From assembly GCA_903901225.1 (NCBI GenBank), contig CAIUQE010000048.1, forward strand, positions 5,844-69,843: a DNA stretch of 64,000 bases, given 5' to 3'. The notes under the pieces are model-generated. The model did no database searches and had not been told where the DNA came from. It saw nothing but the letters and a program-made list of their open reading frames with translations. The stretch is from Candidatus Omnitrophota bacterium (lineage in GTDB: Bacteria; Omnitrophota; Gorgyraeia; Zapsychrales; Fredricksoniimonadaceae). Position numbers and translations under genes: made by a program. Positions 37,059-44,720 of the stretch are shown here, in pieces. The number at the start of each line of letters is the position of its first letter. The first letter of the stretch is position 1.

Positions 37059-39025
37059 TTACTATCCCTGATGAAATATTTCTTGAACGTATCAACGGCA
37101 TGACACAGGCCGCAATTCTCGCCGAATTGTCCTTTATGGACGTCATCGTTCTCATGGCACGCGAAACAATCCGATGAAGTATGCCGGCCTTTTGCGAGGG
37201 GTTTGTTATGGCACGCTGCGCATTTGATCCCCGCGTGCGGCCCCTCAAGTTTGTATTTGGTCTGTCGGTCATGGTCGAATTGCCACAACTTCCAGCCGTT
37301 GGGATTGTGGCATTGGCCGCAATCCGTCCCCAAAGCGCTTTTATGCGTATCTTGCCTGGCGTGACATGAACCACAATCAGGCTGGGTGTCTTGATAAGCG
37401 GCCGAATGATGACATTCTGTGCATGCCAGGACAGCATGCTGGCCAATGAGCGGAAAATGAGTCAGGTCATGGTCGAATTTTGACACATCCTGCCATTTCC
37501 CGGCATTATGGCAACGCTGACAATCGCGCGCGGACGCGCTTTTGTGGACATCATCTTTTTGATGACAACTGGCGCAATCTGTCGGCAGCCTCGTCCCGTG
37601 TTCCAGCGGGGCGTTATGGCAAGCGCGGCATTTTAACGTTTCGTGTGCTTCAGTCAACAAAAATTTTGTCATAATATTGTGCTTAAAATCCCACTGTTTC
37701 CAGCTGTCAGCCGTATGGCATTGCGCGCAATCTTCACCGAGGGCACCTTTATGCGTGTCGTCTTTTTCATGGCAGGAAGAACACGCGCGTTTAGCGTCTT
37801 TGAACGCCGCGCTAAGATGGCATGTGTTACAAGCCAGAACAATATGCGGGCCTTTTAACTGGAAACGAGTCCTGTCGTGGTCAAATTTAACGTTAACTTT
37901 CCAGCCCGCATCGTTGTGGCAGGACTGGCAGTCCTTCCCTTCCTGCCCTTTGTGCACATCCTGCGCCTGATGGCAGGACAGGCAAGCCTTGTCGATTTTC
38001 ATATCAGCCGAAGCTATCCTGTGACAGGCCTCACAATCGGCAGCCCTATGTTTCCCTGACAACAAGAAATGCGTGTCGCGGTCATGGTCAAAGGTGACCT
38101 TTTTCCATCCGGATGTGGTGTGGCACTGTTCGCATTTGGTCCCGTTCTTGGCTTTATGGGTGTCGTCCAGTTTATGGCACGCCAGACAATTTGTCGGAGT
38201 GGTTGTCGTAAAAACATTCGCGGCATGGCAGGCCGCGCATGCCGTCTGGAGGTGCTTTCCCGTCAAGGCGAACTTGGTCCCTTTGTCATGGTCAAAAGAG
38301 ATGTTCTTCCATCCACGGGTTGAATGGCACTGTTCACAACGGGCATCACGGGGGCTGTTATGGACATCATTGATCAGATGGCACGCCACGCAAGCCACGG
38401 CTGTTTTGGTGTATTTTTCATTAACATGGCAGATATTGCAGGCGACGTTCACATGCTTCCCGTTCAGTGGGAAATTTGTTTTGGCATGAACAAAGAGCGC
38501 GTTTTTCCAGCCGGTGTCATTGTGGCATCGGGCGCAATCTTTACCAAGTTCTTCATGATGATGATCATTCTTGGCGTGACAGCTGTAACAATCTTCGGGA
38601 GCAGCCCGGTAAGGGCGTCCGGGTTGATGGCATGAGCGGCATGTCACGCTCGAAAGAGCGTGGGCCCCATGGAGCGCGAAGTCTGTCCGGTCATGCTTGA
38701 AGGTTTCTTTATCCAGACGGACAATGTCATACGCGCGGCCTTTATGTTCCGTGTGGCAGGCCTTGCAAGCCTTATCTTCCTCGCCCGCGCGCCGGCCGTG
38801 GAGGCCTTGATGGAGCGTGATGTCAGAGGCCACATCCTTGTGGCAGTCCAGGCATATCAGATCCTGTTTGTTCTTGTCGAAAGCAGAATGGCATTTTGGA
38901 CACTGCCCTTCGTAGGCCGCGTGGGCCCTGGTCAATGGCCCGGGCATGACGAACAGTTCGATGAGATTAACGCGATAAAGTTGGAACAGCGCTATCAGTA
39001 TGAGCACGACCAGAGCGCTGATCAC
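37055..39025 (-). CDS. membrane-anchored multiheme cytochrome, c7/c3-polymer-like (27 CxxCH motifs)
   Basis: N-terminal TM anchor. 27 CxxCH motifs, roughly three per ~70 aa, resembling triheme c7-like modules. GTG start per ORF track. Confidence 0.8.
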   Translation of the reverse strand: MISALVVLILIALFQLYRVNLIELFVMPGPLTRAHAAYEGQCPKCHSAFDKNKQDLICLDCHKDVASDITLHQGLHGRRAGEEDKACKACHTEHKGRAYDIVRLDKETFKHDRTDFALHGAHALSSVTCRSCHQPGRPYRAAPEDCYSCHAKNDHHHEELGKDCARCHNDTGWKNALFVHAKTNFPLNGKHVNVACNICHVNEKYTKTAVACVACHLINDVHNSPRDARCEQCHSTRGWKNISFDHDKGTKFALTGKHLQTACAACHAANVFTTTTPTNCLACHKLDDTHKAKNGTKCEQCHTTSGWKKVTFDHDRDTHFLLSGKHRAADCEACHRIASADMKIDKACLSCHQAQDVHKGQEGKDCQSCHNDAGWKVNVKFDHDRTRFQLKGPHIVLACNTCHLSAAFKDAKRACSSCHEKDDTHKGALGEDCAQCHTADSWKQWDFKHNIMTKFLLTEAHETLKCRACHNAPLEHGTRLPTDCASCHQKDDVHKSASARDCQRCHNAGKWQDVSKFDHDLTHFPLIGQHAVLACTECHHSAAYQDTQPDCGSCHARQDTHKSALGTDCGQCHNPNGWKLWQFDHDRQTKYKLEGPHAGIKCAACHNKPLAKGRHTSSDCFACHENDDVHKGQFGENCGLCHAVDTFKKYFIRDSK

Positions 39026-39175
39026 CAGGTTAAAACTTTTTTTCTTTCCTGCGGATTCGATAATAACTCCTTTTCGAAAAAAATATCTGTGTAAAAGATA
39101 CTATATATAATTAACAAAGCAAATTTATTTTATGAAATTTTGGGATCAAAACAACGAAGAGGAGCTACTGTCTGG

Positions 39176-39589
39176 TCAGGGTTTAGAATGATCGGCCGGG
39201 CCGGTGTTGTGAAGGATATAACCAAGATTTTGTCCGGTCCTGGAATAATCCAGGGCGGTCATTTTTTTGATGCTTTGGATCACATTGTTGTCGCGCGTGT
39301 AGTCGATCCTCACCCTGTCCCCCGTTTGATAACCGGGTGAGTTGTCCAGGTAAATGAAACTCCTGACGGTACGCGTGTTCTCATCATAAATATCAATGCG
39401 GTTGCGACCCATGGCCCTGATCGTGCCAAAGATCATGTCGGTACTTTTGAGTTGTTGGAAGGTTTGGTCTGTTGTTGCTGCCTGGCCGGGGAAAACAAGA
39501 GCAGCTGAAAACAAGAGGACGCAAAAAACCCCGGACCTTGCATGTTTTGGCAGAACAGCGTCAAGAAGAACGTGTGCTGTAAGTTCCAT
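39176..39589 (-). CDS. small secreted hypothetical protein (137 aa)
   Basis: Signal-peptide-like N-terminus. No recognisable motif. Confidence 0.4.
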   Translation of the reverse strand: MELTAHVLLDAVLPKHARSGVFCVLLFSAALVFPGQAATTDQTFQQLKSTDMIFGTIRAMGRNRIDIYDENTRTVRSFIYLDNSPGYQTGDRVRIDYTRDNNVIQSIKKMTALDYSRTGQNLGYILHNTGPADHSKP

Positions 39590-39612
39590 GCAAGACCCGG
39601 GGGTTGAATTGC

Positions 39613-40308
39613 CTATTTGCCGTACACTGTCTGTAATTGCGCGACTTTGGGGAACTCCGCGTAGAATTCACCCTGGGGACCCACGAAGCCGGCCCCTGAC
39701 CTCTTGATCGTTACCGCCGTATACCCGCCACTTTTGGTGTTGGGGATATTGATCGTGAACACCTCATCGGCCGCGGGAGTTGCCGCTGATGCCGTTACAG
39801 ATGCCGCTGGGGCTGTTGCAACCGGCTGGGGCTGTGTTATCGATGCCTGAACGATGACAGGGGCCGGCGCGGGTTGTGTGACAATGACCGGTGCCTGTGT
39901 CATTGTCGCAGGTTGCTGAACGACCTGGTATCCATAACGCGTGTAAATGTAATAAGTGCCGTTATCGACGTAGTACGTGATACCGTTGATCACAATGGGC
40001 CGGTATTCCGGAGGGATCGCGGCCACCACGGCGCCGATCGGCGGGGTTACAAGGACAAAGTCACCGCCTATTTTGGTGTAATAAAGCCCATCATAATAGT
40101 AATATCTCGCTTCCCTTGTCCGCACAACAAAGGCGTCGTCGGGAACAAAGGTCAAATGAAGGCCAAACGAAGGGCGCTCGTGATAGCGATAATAATGATG
40201 GTCTTCGTGACGACCATTGTCCCTGGCGAATGACAACGAAGGCGGTGCCAATAATGACAATCCCATAATTAGCGCCGACACCTTCGATATTTCTTTTATA
40301 CTGAACAT
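39613..40308 (-). CDS. secreted Tyr-rich protein, paralog A
   Basis: Signal peptide. Y-rich core (ARYYYYDGLYYTKIGGDFVLV...INGITYYVDNGTYYIY). Pro/Ala/Thr/Val-rich linker. Conserved C-terminus GPQGEFYAEFPKVAQLQTVYGK shared with 40885..41490. Confidence 0.55.
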   Translation of the reverse strand: MFSIKEISKVSALIMGLSLLAPPSLSFARDNGRHEDHHYYRYHERPSFGLHLTFVPDDAFVVRTREARYYYYDGLYYTKIGGDFVLVTPPIGAVVAAIPPEYRPIVINGITYYVDNGTYYIYTRYGYQVVQQPATMTQAPVIVTQPAPAPVIVQASITQPQPVATAPAASVTASAATPAADEVFTINIPNTKSGGYTAVTIKRSGAGFVGPQGEFYAEFPKVAQLQTVYGK

Positions 40309-40346
40309 GGCGAACCTCTTGTTTTGAGCTGGCAGGTCCAGTCCTG

Positions 40347-40808
40347 TTACCTGGTCTGCATGGTTTCAATGACCCGCTGACTTACACCTTCCCTGCGCAG
40401 ATAACTTATGTCATCAGCCGTGAGGGCATACGTTGAATTAGTGGTCCTGATTCTGGCAATGATCTCATCCCCCGACAAGCCCTGCTGTGTCCAATCAACG
40501 ATCTGCTGCATCGTTATTTGGGAGATCGGAGTGGCGCGTGACGCGACCGGGACCTGTCTGGGCGTAGCGTTCTTGTTCTCGATCTGTGACCCCGCAATGC
40601 CACCCGCGGCCGCGCCCAAAGCACCGCCGATCAAAGCGCCGCCGATGGCATGGTCGCCTTTTTGCTGATGCCCCACTACGCCGCCGACAACAGCGCCGAG
40701 TATGCCGCCGATCCCGGCGCCCTCAGCGACCTTGGTCTGGTTCTCGGCGCAGCCGGACAATGCCAGCGCGTAGACCGCAATGATTAGTAGATAGACTTGA
40801 TTCTTCAT
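40347..40808 (-). CDS. glycine-zipper lipoprotein
   Basis: Lipobox LALSGCA. Glycine zipper GIGGILGAVVGGVVG...GALIGGALGAAAGGIAG. Small globular C-terminal domain. Confidence 0.55.
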   Translation of the reverse strand: MKNQVYLLIIAVYALALSGCAENQTKVAEGAGIGGILGAVVGGVVGHQQKGDHAIGGALIGGALGAAAGGIAGSQIENKNATPRQVPVASRATPISQITMQQIVDWTQQGLSGDEIIARIRTTNSTYALTADDISYLRREGVSQRVIETMQTR

Positions 40809-40884
40809 TCCCTGCCTCCATGTTTGATGATTTAATTATCAAAGGCCGCCATGTGACCTGATGGGCCGCATTTTAGCACTTTTT

Positions 40885-41490
40885 TCATTTTGTATACATA
40901 ACACGTAATTGCTCGACCTTGGGAAATTCATTATAAAATTCTCCCTGGGGTCCGATAAACCCGCTGCCTGACCGCGTGAGATTTACAGCCGTGAACCCGC
41001 CCTGGGAATTTGGCACATTGACGGTAATGGCTCCCTGGGCGCTGGCAGGAGCAGTTGCCGGGGTGATCACTGTAGGCGGCGCGACAACAACAGCGGGCTG
41101 ATAAATGACCGGTTGAGGAACGACCTGATAACCGCCCGCGACGGGAACATAATAAGTCCCGTTATACTCAAAATATGCGGTGCCGTTGACAATGTACTGC
41201 CGGGATCCGGCGGGAATAGCGTAAACGATCGCGTTAACAGGGGCCGTTTCAACGATATAGGTGTAAGAAACGGGTGTGTAATAACGGGGCGGATAATACC
41301 TGTGGGCATAATAGTCCCTCCAGGGGTCATAATCCCTGAAAGAGCCCCTTCCACGATGGTCCGCGACGCCGATATCTATCCCCCATGAAACACCGGCATG
41401 GGCTGTTGTTGGCGTGAAGGACAAGATTAGGAAGGCCAGGATGCTCACACACAAGGACACGGGAAAATTCAATTTGTTCGAGCTATACAT
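40885..41490 (-). CDS. secreted Tyr-rich protein, paralog B
   Basis: Start at ATG 41490 (MYSSNK) with a ggagg RBS. Signal peptide. Same architecture and C-terminal GPQGEFYNEFPKVEQLRVMYTK motif as paralog A. Confidence 0.55.
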   Translation of the reverse strand: MYSSNKLNFPVSLCVSILAFLILSFTPTTAHAGVSWGIDIGVADHRGRGSFRDYDPWRDYYAHRYYPPRYYTPVSYTYIVETAPVNAIVYAIPAGSRQYIVNGTAYFEYNGTYYVPVAGGYQVVPQPVIYQPAVVVAPPTVITPATAPASAQGAITVNVPNSQGGFTAVNLTRSGSGFIGPQGEFYNEFPKVEQLRVMYTK

Positions 41491-41568
41491 AGGTACCTCC
41501 ACAGGATCGTTTGCGTTCCTGTTAATTAGACAACAACACACCTAAAAAAGTTCCCATAAAATAGATCA

Positions 41569-42132
41569 TCAGGAGAATGCCTGCTCCATCTTTTTCAGGA
41601 TCGCGCGTTCCGCTGGAGATGTTTTCAGGGCAACACCCAGGATACCACCGGACGCTTCGGCAACTTTTTTGGCCCGCTCCAGAAGGTCGGACCTGAATGA
41701 ATGGCGGTCCGCGGTTGTCATTGTTTCACATACGCCCTCAATGTAATGCAACCAGGCTTCAAGCAACTTGGCAGGAGGCTGGTGCTTGAGCCAATTCTCA
41801 AGTAAGAGATATTCACTTGAACCGGCTGTGATCCCGTTGGCCGCGGCGGCTTCGAGGACAGCGGTACGTTCCTTGTCATCAATTTTACCGTCTGCCCAGG
41901 CGATCTCAATGAGCGGCACAACGGCTATCGACGTCAGAATATGAGGGGCTATGTCCAGTTCAATGAGTTTGTCAAGGACCTTGGGATTATGGATACCGGA
42001 AACTTCCGACAATGCCTCGCGTGTGCTTTTGATGGCTTCCAACTTTCGCTGCAAGGCGATCAGCTCAGCGTCTTTTCTCCTGAAGAAAGCTTCTTCCAGC
42101 GATAAGCTACTGTCAAAAAACTCATTGGCCAT
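41569..42132 (-). CDS. TerB-like domain protein
   Basis: IAWADGKIDDKERTAVLEAA resembles the TerB ADG...E signature. Confidence 0.4.
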   Translation of the reverse strand: MANEFFDSSLSLEEAFFRRKDAELIALQRKLEAIKSTREALSEVSGIHNPKVLDKLIELDIAPHILTSIAVVPLIEIAWADGKIDDKERTAVLEAAAANGITAGSSEYLLLENWLKHQPPAKLLEAWLHYIEGVCETMTTADRHSFRSDLLERAKKVAEASGGILGVALKTSPAERAILKKMEQAFS

Positions 42133-42150
42133 ACTTTCCCTCCGTTATTA

Positions 42151-42522
42151 TCATTCGGCTGTTTTTAGTGATAGTAAATATATGGTTGCCGCGATACCGA
42201 TAAGGCCCATCAGCACCCTTCCCGGTAAATTATGGACAAAAAATATCGAGGATGTAATTATACCCGCCCACTGGGAAACGACAAGGATCACCTTGACCTT
42301 TAGTTTGATCCCGTTATTTTCATGATAGTTCCTGATATGCGGTCCTATCAACCGGTTATCCATGAGCATGGCATGGAATTTCTGCGAACTTTTCGAGAAA
42401 CATACCGAGGCGATGATAAAAAAAGGCAGCGATGGTACTACAGGCAAAAGCGCGCCAAGGATCCCAAGGGCCACAAAAAAGAACCCGGTACACAAGAGGA
42501 ACACGCGTTTAATTTCATTCAT
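42151..42522 (-). CDS. YbaN-family (DUF454) inner-membrane protein
   Basis: LGILGALLPVVPSLPFFIIASVCFSKSSQKFHAML matches the YbaN N-terminal pattern. Two to three TM helices. Confidence 0.6.
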   Translation of the reverse strand: MNEIKRVFLLCTGFFFVALGILGALLPVVPSLPFFIIASVCFSKSSQKFHAMLMDNRLIGPHIRNYHENNGIKLKVKVILVVSQWAGIITSSIFFVHNLPGRVLMGLIGIAATIYLLSLKTAE

Positions 42523-42544
42523 AGCGAATATTATACATTAAATA

Positions 42545-43564
42545 TCACGCGACATCCCGGGCATGCGCGCGGGTGAAATCAATGACCTGGCGCATCATGG
42601 TGACCGTTTCGACAGGATATTTCCCTGCCGCGGTTTCGGCGGATAGCATCAGAAAATCCGAGCCATCGAGCATCGCGTTGGCGACATCCGTCACCTCAGC
42701 GCGCGTGGGCCTGTAGTGCTCGGTCATGCTTTCCAGCATCTGGGTCGCGGTGATCACGAGCTTCTTCGCGCGATTGCATTTATGGATGATCTTCTTCTGG
42801 ATCACGGCTATCTCGTAGATGGGCAACGACACGCCCATGTCGCCGCGGGCGACCATGATCCCGTCGCTGACCGCGAGGATCTCGTCAATATTCCTGATCC
42901 CCTCCCTGTTCTCGATCTTGGCAATGATCTTGCAGGCAGGGCTCCTGTCTTTGACAGATTCTTTGAAATTAAGGATATCCTCCTTGCGCCGGACAAAGGA
43001 CTGCGCGATATAATCCGCCTTGTTCCTGACGCAGAACTCGATATTTTCCTTGTCCCTGCCGGTCAAGCCGTCAAAACCCAGATCTACATCGGGTATATTG
43101 ATCCCCTTATGCTCCTTCAGGACACCGGGAACGAGAACTTCCGTCTTAAGGATGTTGCGGTTACCCGAAAGGACTCTTAGCGCGATATTGCCGTCGTCAA
43201 TATAAATGAGCGACCCCTTGCCGATAGCCGTCAGGTCGCCTTGATAGTCAAAAGGGACCGCGTTCTCGATGCAAGGCGCCGCGGCATTGCTCAGAACGAG
43301 CGACTGGTTTTTCCTTAAGAGGATATCCTGATCAAGTTTTCCTATCCTGATCCTGTAGCCCTCGAGATCCCCCAGGAACCGCAATCGCCTAGAGTATTGC
43401 TTATTTAGGGCGCGGATACGCTCGATGACCTTCGCGTGACCGGCAAGATTGCCATGAGAGAAGTTCAGGCGGGCAACATCCATCCCGGCCAGCAACATTC
43501 GTTTCAAGACCGAAAGAGTGTTACTCATCGGCCCGATCGTGCAAATAATGCCTGTTTTACCCAT
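42545..43564 (-). CDS. pyruvate-kinase-like protein lacking the C-terminal regulatory domain (339 aa)
   Basis: PK barrel motifs [18 protein letters not shown] and MVARGDMGV. The protein ends at the end of the A domain. Confidence 0.6.
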   Translation of the reverse strand: MGKTGIICTIGPMSNTLSVLKRMLLAGMDVARLNFSHGNLAGHAKVIERIRALNKQYSRRLRFLGDLEGYRIRIGKLDQDILLRKNQSLVLSNAAAPCIENAVPFDYQGDLTAIGKGSLIYIDDGNIALRVLSGNRNILKTEVLVPGVLKEHKGINIPDVDLGFDGLTGRDKENIEFCVRNKADYIAQSFVRRKEDILNFKESVKDRSPACKIIAKIENREGIRNIDEILAVSDGIMVARGDMGVSLPIYEIAVIQKKIIHKCNRAKKLVITATQMLESMTEHYRPTRAEVTDVANAMLDGSDFLMLSAETAAGKYPVETVTMMRQVIDFTRAHARDVA

Positions 43565-43631
43565 AACACCCCACTCGTTTCATAAAAGAGTAACTGAAGA
43601 AAGGCTTGCTGTCCCTGATTTTTCAATTTTT

Positions 43632-44084
43632 TTAACGGTTATTATCGGATATTGGTGTGGCACTGCTCATCGTTGTGTTTGGCCGCTGGGTCGCGTCGTT
43701 GGTATAGTGCGCGGCATCATTGGGGCGCAGTGTGGCGTCATTGCTGTTCAATGAACCGTCATTAGGATGGTCCAGCGCGTTGTTCTGGTTAGACGACGCG
43801 TCATTGGGTGAATTAGTAGCATCATTGGCCTGGCCGCTGAGATCGTTTGACGTGAAATTTGAATCTCGCGATCGTTGCTGACTGACGTTTATCGTTGCAA
43901 TGTTATCGCGCAGAGAATCCATGCTCAGCCTGAAGGCTTCATCCTCATCCGCCCGCCTGCTCTTTTGGTCAGCGCGGGGTGAACTTTGGGGATGAAACGC
44001 CAGAAAGCATAGCACTAACGCTCCGAAGAGGATCTTCAGCGCGTTGGATCTGCTGATCACTTGCAGGAATGTATGACTTTTCAT
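43632..44084 (-). CDS. secreted low-complexity Asn/Asp/Ser-rich repeat protein
   Basis: Signal peptide. Repeated NDATxxPNDASS-type units. No catalytic motif. Confidence 0.4.
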   Translation of the reverse strand: MKSHTFLQVISRSNALKILFGALVLCFLAFHPQSSPRADQKSRRADEDEAFRLSMDSLRDNIATINVSQQRSRDSNFTSNDLSGQANDATNSPNDASSNQNNALDHPNDGSLNSNDATLRPNDAAHYTNDATQRPNTTMSSATPISDNNR

Positions 44085-44126
44085 GTATAAACCATCTAAC
44101 GTTAAGGAAAGCCGGATATAGGCGCG

Positions 44127-44636
44127 TCAATGATCATCAAGTTTTTCCGGGCCGGTTTGAGCAAGAACTTCTTGGGCACGCGCGATCTCATCGCCGGTGC
44201 CATGCGCGATCAGGATGAATTTTCCGGCTTTCAGCGCTGTTTCATAATGCCGTATGGTTTCCTGAGGGATGCCCAGGGTGTAGAGGCCGGCCCCGAGCGC
44301 GCTCAAGCCACCCACCACGACCGCCCCTTCAAGCGCCCCGACGATCCAGCCGACCAGGGGGCCTGCGACGAGCAAAGGCCCGACGGTCGGAACCCAAAAG
44401 AACGCGGAACCGAACAGCAGTCCCCATAATCCGCCCCAAAAAGCGCCTGTTTTTCCCCACATCGTCATGCGTTCGCCGATATTGTAATAACCGACCGCGT
44501 GTTCATCCGTGTGGTAATCACGTCCGACGGCCGACAGTTTCTTCATGTCAAAGCCGGAGTGCTCCAGTTTCCTGATGGCCGCTTCGGCTTCAGTGTGCGA
44601 CGGATAGATCGCGATGGTCGTATTGGTGGTCTTCAT
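44127..44636 (-). CDS. glycine-zipper membrane stress-protein-like (DUF1269-like)
   Basis: Start at ATG 44636 (MKTTNTT) with an aaggag RBS. Hydrophobic Gly-zipper core (FWGGLWGLLFGSAFFW...VGGLSALGAG). Confidence 0.4.
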   Translation of the reverse strand: MKTTNTTIAIYPSHTEAEAAIRKLEHSGFDMKKLSAVGRDYHTDEHAVGYYNIGERMTMWGKTGAFWGGLWGLLFGSAFFWVPTVGPLLVAGPLVGWIVGALEGAVVVGGLSALGAGLYTLGIPQETIRHYETALKAGKFILIAHGTGDEIARAQEVLAQTGPEKLDDH

Positions 44637-44720
44637 GCGGGCTCCTTTGGGCAAGTTACAAATCGTACTTACGGTCTTGTGGTTATTATTTTATCGAAGC
44701 GCGGGATGTACGCAATTGTA

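Noticed and set aside
39026-39175. AT-rich region upstream of the cytochrome operon examined for a defined promoter
   Set aside because: Several overlapping weak -35/-10 candidates (for example tatagt, ttgctt), but none with convincing spacing. Recorded as a probable promoter region only in the findings, not as a feature.
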